From the NCBI GenBank assembly GCA_040266715.1, contig JAPKNN010000012.1, forward strand, positions 18-64,017: a stretch of DNA of 64,000 nt. Direction: 5' to 3'. The notes under the pieces were generated by a model. That model made no database searches. It saw nothing but the letters and a program-made list of their open reading frames with translations, and was not told the origin of the DNA. Shown piece after piece: positions 52,198-60,869 of this stretch (positions are counted from its first letter, which is position 1; each line of letters opens with the position of its first letter). This DNA is from Paracoccaceae bacterium. GTDB lineage: Bacteria; Pseudomonadota; Alphaproteobacteria; JAPKNN01. The position numbers and the translations under genes are program-made.

Positions 52198-52455
52198 TTA
52201 GATAATAAAACGATCACTATGTCCTGGGTTTATTGCTCTAATTCTTTCTTTTGCTGAAAGTAAGCGACTCTTTTGAATTGATACTAGTAGACGACCAAAG
52301 AATTTTAAATCTTTTTCTTTGTTCAAATTGATTTTTTGTGATGATTTATGTTCCATGATATATAGCTCCTTATTGTTATGTATAAACCCTATATAATCTA
52401 TTAAATACGCAAAAAAAAGCTCATTCTCTCTATAGTACCTATGCAAAATACGCAT
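52198..52455 (-). CDS. Hypothetical small protein
   Basis: 85 aa; no family recognised; followed by the bidirectional terminator. Confidence 0.2.
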   Translation of the reverse strand: MRILHRYYRENELFFAYLIDYIGFIHNNKELYIMEHKSSQKINLNKEKDLKFFGRLLVSIQKSRLLSAKERIRAINPGHSDRFII

Positions 52456-52745
52456 AATATATCTATAAATTTATTATGAATAAATATATTTTTTGATACT
52501 CACTAAAAATAACGTCCATAATATCATAAGAAAAAAGTGGATAAAATTTTTATGGTTATATGTATTGTAGATACCTATTTTATTAACTTGTTTAGATATT
52601 TTTGGTGATAATATATATCTAAGACTCTATTTTAATGTATTTATTGACTAATAATTATTTACTTTTTTATTTGTTAATATTATACTTATGTAGTCATTAT
52701 TTATAATGAATAATATAAATAGTATAAAATAGCGAAATTATAGTA

Positions 52746-53150
52746 ATGGACAACGATATCAAGCAAATTATAAAAGAAACAACACAAATTGTCTCTTCCT
52801 ATGTGAGTAATCCCTCTGTGCATATTGCAAAAAATGAATTAGAAGGAATTATCACGGATGTTTATACATGTCTTTTTAATTTATACGAGCAAAAAACGAA
52901 GAATGAAGTAGAAGTGCTCGAGCCTATTGTTCCAATTGATCAAACTATCCATGATAATTATATTATATGCTTAGAGGATGGAGAACGGTTTAAGTCACTC
53001 AAAAGACATTTACGTGTACAATACAATATGTCTCCAGAAGAATACCGTAAAAAATGGGGACTACCGCATGATTATCCTATGGTACCCCCTAATTATGCAA
53101 AAAAAAGATCCCAATTAGCAAAAGAAATCGGTTTAGGCAAAAAGATGTAA
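52746..53150 (+). CDS. mucR: MucR/Ros family transcriptional regulator, variant lacking two canonical zinc ligands
   Basis: IICLEDGERFKSLKRHLRVQYNMSPEEYRKKWGLPHDYPMVPPNYAKKRSQLAKEIGLG aligns to Ros CLECGGSFKSLKRHLTTHH...; the second Cys is Asp and the last His is Tyr. Confidence 0.8.
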   Translation: MDNDIKQIIKETTQIVSSYVSNPSVHIAKNELEGIITDVYTCLFNLYEQKTKNEVEVLEPIVPIDQTIHDNYIICLEDGERFKSLKRHLRVQYNMSPEEYRKKWGLPHDYPMVPPNYAKKRSQLAKEIGLGKKM

Positions 53151-53272
53151 TGTCACTATCCTTTTGTGAAGAATATTAATGTCCATAATTTCTAACACAT
53201 ATATTCCGTTAATATATGTTATTTTTAAAAATAATTTATTGAGGGTATATTTTTCTCTTTGATTTAAAAATA

Positions 53273-54025
53273 ATGAAAACCATACAGTCAAAAACAGTTG
53301 ACCCTTCTGAAGCTAAAAAATTTTCTGAACTTGCTGATCAGTGGTGGGAAGAAGAAGGTAAGTTTAGTATACTCCACCGTTTTAATCCCATTCGTCTAGA
53401 ATATATTAGGGATAATTGTCTTACTTACTTTCAAAAAAAAACACATTCTAATTACAGTTTTAGTTCCCTTGATCTTCTTGATATTGGTTGTGGTGGTGGA
53501 TTATTGTCAGAACCTCTTGCAAGGATAGGATTTCATGTGACAGGTATAGATATTACACAACGTAATATAGAAGCAGCACGTATACATGCTAAGCAATCTA
53601 ACCTTTCTATTAACTATCAGCTTATTGATGTAGAAACGCTTGCACAACAAGGAAAAAAATTCGACATCATTTTAAATATGGAAGTTGTTGAACATGTTGC
53701 TGATGTACCAACTTTTCTTAAAAATTGCAGTGATCTACTTAATCCTGGCGGTCTTATGTTTTGTGCTACTCTCAACAGAACGTTACGTTCTTTTATATTT
53801 GGTATCGTTGGAGCAGAATATATTCTTAATCTCTTACCAAGAGGTACACATAATTGGAAAAAATTTCTAACTCCCTTAGAACTAGAGAAACATTTTCAAC
53901 AAAATGGATTAAGTCTCTATAATAAAACAGGTATAGAATATAACCCTATCACAAGACGATTTTCTTTAAGCCATGATATGGCGATTAATTATATACTTGT
54001 GATGTATAAACCACACACAGGTTAA
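53273..54025 (+). CDS. ubiG: Bifunctional 3-demethylubiquinone / 2-polyprenyl-6-hydroxyphenol O-methyltransferase
   Basis: 250 aa; SAM motif LLDIGCGGGLLSEPLAR; WW..EGKF N-terminal block. Confidence 0.85.
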   Translation: MKTIQSKTVDPSEAKKFSELADQWWEEEGKFSILHRFNPIRLEYIRDNCLTYFQKKTHSNYSFSSLDLLDIGCGGGLLSEPLARIGFHVTGIDITQRNIEAARIHAKQSNLSINYQLIDVETLAQQGKKFDIILNMEVVEHVADVPTFLKNCSDLLNPGGLMFCATLNRTLRSFIFGIVGAEYILNLLPRGTHNWKKFLTPLELEKHFQQNGLSLYNKTGIEYNPITRRFSLSHDMAINYILVMYKPHTG

Positions 54026-55110
54026 TTATTATATCCATTATTTTTACTCCATAGACGAACATATTTTATTGTTTCTTCAACATGTATTGGATTAGTGTGT
54101 TTAATAATTCCATGTCCTAAATTAAAAATAAATGCTCTATTACGACAATTATGCAGAATATAATTGACTTCTTCTTCTAACATTTTACTATTACCCACAC
54201 ATAGTAAAAATGGATCTAAATTACCTTGTAAAACAATATCCGAAGGTATATTTTTTACTGCTAAAGCGATATCTGTTTGCGTATCTATAGATAAAGCATC
54301 TATATTACAATTATCAATATATTCTTTAAAATAGCTTGCTGTACCCTTTGCAAATAAAATTATAGGAATATGCGGATACTCTTTTTTTACGCCATCGCAT
54401 ATTTTTTGTATAGGATTTATAGAACATTCTTTTATTAATTTTGCAGGTATCATCCCCCCCATACTTTCAAATATTTGAACAATATCCGCACCAGCTTTTA
54501 TCTGGTTGCATAAATGTCGTATACAATACGAACATAATATTTCAATTAATTGAAAAAATAATTTCTTATTTTGATAATAAAACTGGCAGGTTTCACTTAA
54601 TTCTTTATCGGGTTTTCCTGCAATCATATAGCTGGAAATTGTAAAAGGTGCACCACAAAAGCCAAATAATGACTTATCTTTATCAAGCGATTGCCTAACT
54701 TTAGCGATAGCTTCATAGACAGGTTGTAAAAAATTATCACAATCACTTACATTTTGCGATTCTAATTTTTGTATCGCCTTTGCATCCTTTATAGACGGTT
54801 CTAGAGAAACTCCTATATTTTCCGTTACGGTTAAATTTTGTCCTAATGCATTTGGAATAACAAGAATATCTGAAAAAATAATTGCAGCATCAATATCAAA
54901 TCGTCTGATCGGTTGTAAGGTTACCTCCTCAGCATAATCTGAATTATAACATAAAGAATTAAAGCTACCAGCCTTTTTTCTTATTTCACGGTATTCTGGT
55001 AAGTATCGCCCTGCTTGTCTCATAAACCATATAGGAATAGTAGAAAGCGGTTTTTTATAACGGAATATGTCTTGAATAATTGTATTTTCTATCATGTTAT
55101 AAATATACAA
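54022..55110 (-). CDS. hemE: Uroporphyrinogen decarboxylase (start probably the 6th codon, Met at 55095)
   Basis: PIWFMRQAGRYLPEY signature near the N-terminus; 362 aa. Confidence 0.9.
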   Translation of the reverse strand: MYIYNMIENTIIQDIFRYKKPLSTIPIWFMRQAGRYLPEYREIRKKAGSFNSLCYNSDYAEEVTLQPIRRFDIDAAIIFSDILVIPNALGQNLTVTENIGVSLEPSIKDAKAIQKLESQNVSDCDNFLQPVYEAIAKVRQSLDKDKSLFGFCGAPFTISSYMIAGKPDKELSETCQFYYQNKKLFFQLIEILCSYCIRHLCNQIKAGADIVQIFESMGGMIPAKLIKECSINPIQKICDGVKKEYPHIPIILFAKGTASYFKEYIDNCNIDALSIDTQTDIALAVKNIPSDIVLQGNLDPFLLCVGNSKMLEEEVNYILHNCRNRAFIFNLGHGIIKHTNPIHVEETIKYVRLWSKNNGYNN

Positions 55111-55396
55111 TTATTATTCTATAAAATAAAATAAAATTATTTTATTTGTTGTTGTTTTTAGTAGGTGTATTGTGTGTATATCTTTTTATTAACTTTTTAT
55201 TAACACTGTTAATCACAAAAAAAAGCCTATAATAAAGTGATAATTACACTTATCCACATTCAATAATTACGGTATGTTTATAATATTTTAAGTGTATAAC
55301 TTGTGGATGTATATGCATAACTTTTATCATTTATAAAAAATGTATATTTTATAACATGATATACACATCTTATTGACATACAATATACATATTATC
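55111..55396. other. Candidate chromosomal replication origin (oriC) / hemE promoter region
   Basis: AT-rich 287-bp intergenic region with a perfect DnaA box TTATCCACA (55250-55258), a 7/9 box TGTGGATgt (55303-55311) and a CtrA-type TTAA-N7-TTAAC motif (55189-55204). It is hemE-adjacent, as are the origins of Caulobacter, Rickettsia and Rhizobiales. Confidence 0.45.
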
Positions 55397-56440
55397 TTAT
55401 TTGAAGGAGATATTTGAATCAAATATACGAAGGAATATTTTTTTTATTAATTTTGTATTAAATTCTCTTTTTAAACGGTAATTTTTTATAATTTCAGTGG
55501 TATCGTCATTTTTTTCAGCTATAGAAAAACGAAAGACATAATTTTCTGAAAATCCCATTCTTAAATCTGTTACAATAAGAGATGGGTTTTGAATAATTTG
55601 ATCCTTGTGAGGATTATATATTTTGGATTTCCATTCTACTTTATAAATTCCATGCGTAAACCATTGGAGACGTTCTACATGATACAAATCTGTTAAATTA
55701 TTGAGAAGATGTTTTTGATGTGGGTAACTGGTGTATTTAATTTCTGTATTATTATCAACAAGAGAGTAGAATCCTTCATAATAATTATTTTTGTCTACAG
55801 CAATATATCTCCATAAAAGTGTATTAAAAGGGGAAGAGCTGACTAACATATTTTCTATATGTATATTCTTTTTTTGAAAATTATCGCGGACCTTTGTATA
55901 AATTATGTGCTGTGCGACAATGCTCCAAGAAATATATAAACAACTTACACACAGAGCTATAGTATTTATAAACCTAATCTTGTGCTGATACTTTTTTCTT
56001 AAGCTGATACCTATACCAATAAGCAATGGTATAGTAAATAATGGGTCTATAATAAATAAACTTCCCCATACTACAGACATATCAAAAAATGGCCACAATA
56101 ATTGCGTTCCATAAACGGTGAACGCATCCAGTAAAGGATGGGTAATTAGGCACAACCAAACAGTAATTATCCAATGTAGGGATGATACTTTTGTATCTTT
56201 TCTTAGCTTTATAATTAAAAAACTCAGCAAGGGTGTTAACAGAGTTAAAAAAAACAGAGAATGACTCCAAGAACGATGCAAAATAAGTTTATCAATACCT
56301 GTATTAGCAGGTATTAATACATCCAAATCAGGTAAAATTGCTAAAGCCCCTCCATAAAGAGCAGCTTTATAGCCAATTTTTTGACCCAAGCTTATTTGAC
56401 CAATCGATGCCCCTAAGGCAATTTGAGAAACAATATCCAT
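55397..56440 (-). CDS. Membrane-bound metal-dependent hydrolase, YdjM/DUF457 family, with C-terminal extension
   Basis: LPDLDVLIPANTGIDKLILHRSWSHSLFF matches the YdjM LPDxD...HRxxxHSL core; ~6 TM helices then a ~150-aa soluble tail. Confidence 0.5.
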   Translation of the reverse strand: MDIVSQIALGASIGQISLGQKIGYKAALYGGALAILPDLDVLIPANTGIDKLILHRSWSHSLFFLTLLTPLLSFLIIKLRKDTKVSSLHWIITVWLCLITHPLLDAFTVYGTQLLWPFFDMSVVWGSLFIIDPLFTIPLLIGIGISLRKKYQHKIRFINTIALCVSCLYISWSIVAQHIIYTKVRDNFQKKNIHIENMLVSSSPFNTLLWRYIAVDKNNYYEGFYSLVDNNTEIKYTSYPHQKHLLNNLTDLYHVERLQWFTHGIYKVEWKSKIYNPHKDQIIQNPSLIVTDLRMGFSENYVFRFSIAEKNDDTTEIIKNYRLKREFNTKLIKKIFLRIFDSNISFK

Positions 56441-56442
56441 AT

Positions 56443-56877
56443 TTAGAAAGGTTTAAAAATAACCAATGAAACTATAATTATTAGAATAACAGTAGGAACT
56501 TCATTAATAATACGAAAAAATTGTGGACTTTTTTTGTTACGCCCATTTAAAAAATTTTTATAATGTTTTATTAGCATTCCATGAAACCCACTTAATATGA
56601 TTACAAATAATATTTTTGTATGTAACCAACCGTCTTTATGAAATTCTCCTGCAAACATTAATAATATACCAAATAGCCAAGTTAGTAACATTGCAGGCAA
56701 CATAATAACCCGTAAAAGCTTTTTTTCCATTGTTAAAAAAAGCGAGTATGCTTTGTCTTCAAAGCTGACAGTGCAATGATATACATATAAACGAGGTAGA
56801 TATAACAAACCAACCATCCAGGCAATGATAATTACAATATGTGCGACAAGAAAAAAAGAATAAAAATTCACTAGCAT
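56443..56877 (-). CDS. hemJ: Protoporphyrinogen IX oxidase HemJ (UPF0093)
   Basis: 144 aa, 4 TM helices; AHIVIIIAWMVGLLYLPRLYVYH matches the HemJ N-terminal signature. Confidence 0.75.
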   Translation of the reverse strand: MLVNFYSFFLVAHIVIIIAWMVGLLYLPRLYVYHCTVSFEDKAYSLFLTMEKKLLRVIMLPAMLLTWLFGILLMFAGEFHKDGWLHTKILFVIILSGFHGMLIKHYKNFLNGRNKKSPQFFRIINEVPTVILIIIVSLVIFKPF

Positions 56878-56933
56878 AGATTTATTGACCTTATAAATGG
56901 TGTTTCATTATTATTACATATAGAGGAGGTGTG

Positions 56934-57383
56934 TTAACGCTTATTTAATTTATGTAAGCGAATAGCTTCGCGGGCGAGCAAATCTGTTTCTTCATTATAA
57001 CAATGACCTGCATGTCCCTTAATCCAATACCAGTTTACTGAAAAAATCTGCAGATATTCATCTAATTCTTTCCATATTTCACTATTAAGTACAGGTTTTT
57101 TATTGCTTTTTTTCCAATTATTTTTTTTCCAATTAGGCAACCATTTTGTAACGCCATCACTTACATATTTGGAATCAGTATAGAGGTCAATAGGAATCGA
57201 TTTTTTCATCATTTTTAGGGCTTCTATTACAGCTATTAACTCCATACAATTATTGGTCGTATGCTCTTTACTACCGTATAAGGTTTTTTTATGATCTTTA
57301 TATAGCATAACGACTCCCCAACCTCCAACTCCAGGGTTGCCAGAACATGCACCATCAGTATATATTTTGACTTTATCAGACAT
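56934..57383 (-). CDS. rnhA: Ribonuclease HI
   Basis: 149 aa; IYTDGACSGNPG, ELIAVIEAL and WIKGHAGH..NEE.D catalytic blocks. Confidence 0.9.
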   Translation of the reverse strand: MSDKVKIYTDGACSGNPGVGGWGVVMLYKDHKKTLYGSKEHTTNNCMELIAVIEALKMMKKSIPIDLYTDSKYVSDGVTKWLPNWKKNNWKKSNKKPVLNSEIWKELDEYLQIFSVNWYWIKGHAGHCYNEETDLLAREAIRLHKLNKR

Positions 57384-57421
57384 TCCTTCAATATATCACA
57401 TATTTTATTTAAAAAATCATA

Positions 57422-58393
57422 TTAACAATAATCACTAAATTTTTGTATATCTAAATGAAAACGTAAGCGATGTAAAAATTGATACGGGTCTTTACATGCT
57501 ATAAGTGCTTTTTCACTCGTTGTTTCAAAATCGTAAAGACGTGACAATAAAAACCGCATAGCGGATCCTTGACAAAAAATAGGAAAAAAATCTTTTTCTT
57601 TTTGGCTTAAAGGTCTTATTTTTTGATATCCTGACAGAAAGGATGAGGATAAATCCTTATTCAATACGTCGCCCTTGTCATTAAAACACCATGCATTAAT
57701 TGCAATTGCTAAATCATAAACTAAAAAATCATTGCAGGCAAAATTAAAATCAATAACCCCGCTTACATCATCATCCGTAAAAAACACATTGTCGGGAAAA
57801 TAATCAGCGTGAATAACACCATGTGCAAGAAGAGCAGATTGTGCAGGCCAATTATTCTGTATCGGTAACAATATGTCTATAATTTCTTTTTTTAAAGAGA
57901 GGGTATTTCGTGCATTTTGTATCCATTTATCATACCATTGTGTTAACTGAAAAATTGATAACGTATTTTTTCTTGTTTGTTTAAACGGCAATAGATATGC
58001 GTGCATTTTACCCATCATTTGCCCCGCATTGAAACATTGTGTAGAATTTATATTCAGTGTATTTTTTTGCTTTCCGTGAAGAAAACTGATGATTGTTGCA
58101 GGTTTTCCTTTTAATTCTGTAACAGTATTATGGCTTTTCGTAGGTATTGGCTGAGGACTAGGGAAGTTATACGTGTGTAAATGCTTCATAATATCTGTAA
58201 AAAAAGGAACATCTTCAAAACAATTATAGTTTTCGTATAAAGTGAGAATATATTTTCTCTTTGTAGTCATAAGAATATAATTGGTATTTTGTATTCCTTC
58301 TTTTATTGCGGTAAAGCTAACGAGTTCTCCAATATCATATTGATCTAAGAACGCAATTATTTCGGATTCTGTAAGAAAAGTAAAAACAGCCAT
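57422..58393 (-). CDS. thrB: Homoserine kinase, type II (APH-fold, alphaproteobacterial ThrB)
   Basis: 323 aa; aminoglycoside-phosphotransferase-like HADYFPDNVFF and VIDFNFAC blocks typical of ThrB2. Confidence 0.78.
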   Translation of the reverse strand: MAVFTFLTESEIIAFLDQYDIGELVSFTAIKEGIQNTNYILMTTKRKYILTLYENYNCFEDVPFFTDIMKHLHTYNFPSPQPIPTKSHNTVTELKGKPATIISFLHGKQKNTLNINSTQCFNAGQMMGKMHAYLLPFKQTRKNTLSIFQLTQWYDKWIQNARNTLSLKKEIIDILLPIQNNWPAQSALLAHGVIHADYFPDNVFFTDDDVSGVIDFNFACNDFLVYDLAIAINAWCFNDKGDVLNKDLSSSFLSGYQKIRPLSQKEKDFFPIFCQGSAMRFLLSRLYDFETTSEKALIACKDPYQFLHRLRFHLDIQKFSDYC

Positions 58394-58440
58394 AGATTAT
58401 TTAGTACAAGAATAAGAAACAATGATTTACAAAAAATATT

Positions 58441-59430
58441 TTATTTAACGTGAGAGGAATTTTCATTACGGAGAATTTTAGGAATTCTAAAGGAAATATT
58501 TTCTTCTTTATGTTCTTGGTTAGTAATATAACATTCACGATGTTTTGTAAAAGTGTTTATAATTTCATTGACAAGCCATTCGGGAGCAGATGCACCAGCA
58601 GTTACACCTAATTTTTTTACATTACGGAAGTCATCTATGTTGACATCACTTACAGAGGAAATGAGATAGGAAAGTGTACACCCAGCTTTTTTTGCAACTT
58701 CAACGAGACGACACGAATTAGAACTATTAGGAGAACCAACTACTATGATAGCATCGCATTCAAACGCAATCTTTTTGATGGCATTTTGTCGATTTGTTGT
58801 AGCATAGCATATATCCTCCTTATACGGTTCTACTATATCGGGGAAACGCTGACGTAAAATGTTACTAATTTCGTATGTTTCATCGACAGATAAAGTCGTC
58901 TGCGTTACTAAGGCAACGCCTTTAGCATCATCAGGGGCAGAGATTTTTTTTGCGTCTTCAATTGTTTCTACGAGTGTTATATGCCCTTTTGGTAATTGTC
59001 CCATTGTGCCAATAATTTCAGGATGATTGGCATGACCAATTAAAAAAGTATGCAAATCTCTCTTTGCATAATTTTGTGTTTCAATATGCACTTTTGAGAC
59101 AAGAGGACAAACAGCATCAATATACAACATATTTTTTTCTTGTGCGTTTTCAATTACAGATTTTGCTACACCATGTGCAGAAAAAATAACGGGGCGAGAT
59201 TGCTGATCTTCCAAAGGAATTTCATTTAAATTATTAACAAAGATGGCCCCCTTACTCTTAAGATCATTAACGACATGCGCGTTATGTACAATTTCATGTC
59301 GAACATATACGGGCTTTCCATACTTTTCTAAGGAGAGTTCAACTATTTGAATGGCTCTTGCAACACCAGCACAGAATCCACGAGGAGCACATTTAACAAT
59401 ATGAAGAAAAGGTTTCTTTGCGTTTTTCAT
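58441..59430 (-). CDS. ispH: 4-hydroxy-3-methylbut-2-enyl diphosphate reductase
   Basis: 329 aa; PRGFCAGV, AHGV and SSNSCRL cysteine-ligand blocks. Confidence 0.9.
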   Translation of the reverse strand: MKNAKKPFLHIVKCAPRGFCAGVARAIQIVELSLEKYGKPVYVRHEIVHNAHVVNDLKSKGAIFVNNLNEIPLEDQQSRPVIFSAHGVAKSVIENAQEKNMLYIDAVCPLVSKVHIETQNYAKRDLHTFLIGHANHPEIIGTMGQLPKGHITLVETIEDAKKISAPDDAKGVALVTQTTLSVDETYEISNILRQRFPDIVEPYKEDICYATTNRQNAIKKIAFECDAIIVVGSPNSSNSCRLVEVAKKAGCTLSYLISSVSDVNIDDFRNVKKLGVTAGASAPEWLVNEIINTFTKHRECYITNQEHKEENISFRIPKILRNENSSHVK

Positions 59431-59458
59431 ATGGTGAATCTATATGTTTTCTATTATA

Positions 59459-60751
59459 TCAGATTATTTTTCCAATATCCTTACGGAAGAAGCTATGGTT
59501 TAATTTAACTTCATGCATGAGTTTATAGGCGGAATCACGTGCTTTTTGAAGTGTTTGGCCTCGTGCACAACAATTCAATACACGTCCTCCATTTGCAACA
59601 AAATTGTGATTATTAAAAATTGTTCCAGCATGAAAAATAATTTCATGTGTGTCTGGGGAAAAAGATGTTTTAGGGATATGTATGATTTCACCTTTTATAG
59701 GATTTTTTGGGTAGCCCTTAGATGCAAGTACGATATTTACAGCATGGTCGCAATGCCATTTTGGTGTTATTTCATGTAATTTACCCACTGCACATGCATA
59801 CAGTGTCTCTACAACATCTCCAGCATAGCGTAGCATAAGTAATTGACATTCGGGATCACCGAAACGCACATTAAATTCAATAAGCTTAGGCCCTTTTGTT
59901 GTAAGCATAATTCCTGCATATAAAACACCTTTATATGAAATATTGTGTTTTTTTAACGCATTTATCGTAGGTTTAACAATAGTATCTAAACATTCTTTTT
60001 CTAATGACTCATTCCAATGGGGAGAGGGGGATATCGCACCCATACCTCCTGTATTTGGTCCCATATCACCATCATAGGCACGTTTATAATCTTGTGCGCT
60101 TCCAAACGGCAAAATTGTTTCGCCATCGCTAAGAACAAAAAAACTGACTTCAGTACCCTCTAAAAATTCTTCAATAATTACTTTTTTTCCAGCATCAGAA
60201 AATTTACCGTCAAAACAATCATGAATTGCGGCTTGGGAATCTTCTAAATTATTAGCAATAACAACCCCTTTGCCTGCTGCAAGACCATCTGCCTTTATTA
60301 CGCAGGGGAATGAAATATTGTGTAAATATGATAATGCTTCTTCTCTTTTTACAAAGATTTTAAAATTTGCTGTTGGAATGTTTTCTTTGTGACACAGATC
60401 TTTTGTAAAAGCTTTAGAAAACTCTAATTCGGCTCCTTTTTTTTCAGGGCCAAATACGGGTATATTTTCTTTTGAAAGCGCATTTGCTAAACCCTCAGCT
60501 AAAAAGTTTTCTGGCCCTATAATACATAAACTAACATTATGTGCATGACAAAAGTCAATAATCGTTTGTGTGCTATAATTATTTAATGTAACAATATCAC
60601 CACATTCTTCCATGCCAGCATTACCAGGGGCAATGTATAATTTTTCAACGGACAGACTTGTTGATATTTTCCATGCGAGAGCATGTTCACGCCCACCACT
60701 ACCGAGTAACAAAATAATTAATTTTTTTGCTTGTATATTGCTGTTTATCAT
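59459..60751 (-). CDS. purD: Phosphoribosylamine--glycine ligase
   Basis: 430 aa; ATP-grasp blocks (VIKADGLAAGKGV, EEFLEGTEVSFF, YAGIMLT..GPKLIEFNVRFGDPE). Confidence 0.9.
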   Translation of the reverse strand: MINSNIQAKKLIILLLGSGGREHALAWKISTSLSVEKLYIAPGNAGMEECGDIVTLNNYSTQTIIDFCHAHNVSLCIIGPENFLAEGLANALSKENIPVFGPEKKGAELEFSKAFTKDLCHKENIPTANFKIFVKREEALSYLHNISFPCVIKADGLAAGKGVVIANNLEDSQAAIHDCFDGKFSDAGKKVIIEEFLEGTEVSFFVLSDGETILPFGSAQDYKRAYDGDMGPNTGGMGAISPSPHWNESLEKECLDTIVKPTINALKKHNISYKGVLYAGIMLTTKGPKLIEFNVRFGDPECQLLMLRYAGDVVETLYACAVGKLHEITPKWHCDHAVNIVLASKGYPKNPIKGEIIHIPKTSFSPDTHEIIFHAGTIFNNHNFVANGGRVLNCCARGQTLQKARDSAYKLMHEVKLNHSFFRKDIGKII

Positions 60752-60869
60752 ATACGCATGCTTGCTTTTACTTATGGTACGAATATATTATAGCTTTTTA
60801 TAGGACTTACTTTATATTTGTCAACGATATAAATCTGATATAGAAAATTTACGTAACGTATGAGGATTT

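Noticed and set aside
52456-52745. Second oriC candidate upstream of mucR (AT-rich, with an AGTGGATAA DnaA-like box)
   Set aside because: It has only a single near-consensus box and no CtrA motif. The region is better explained as the mucR promoter and the small-ORF terminator region. The hemE-adjacent spacer is the stronger candidate.
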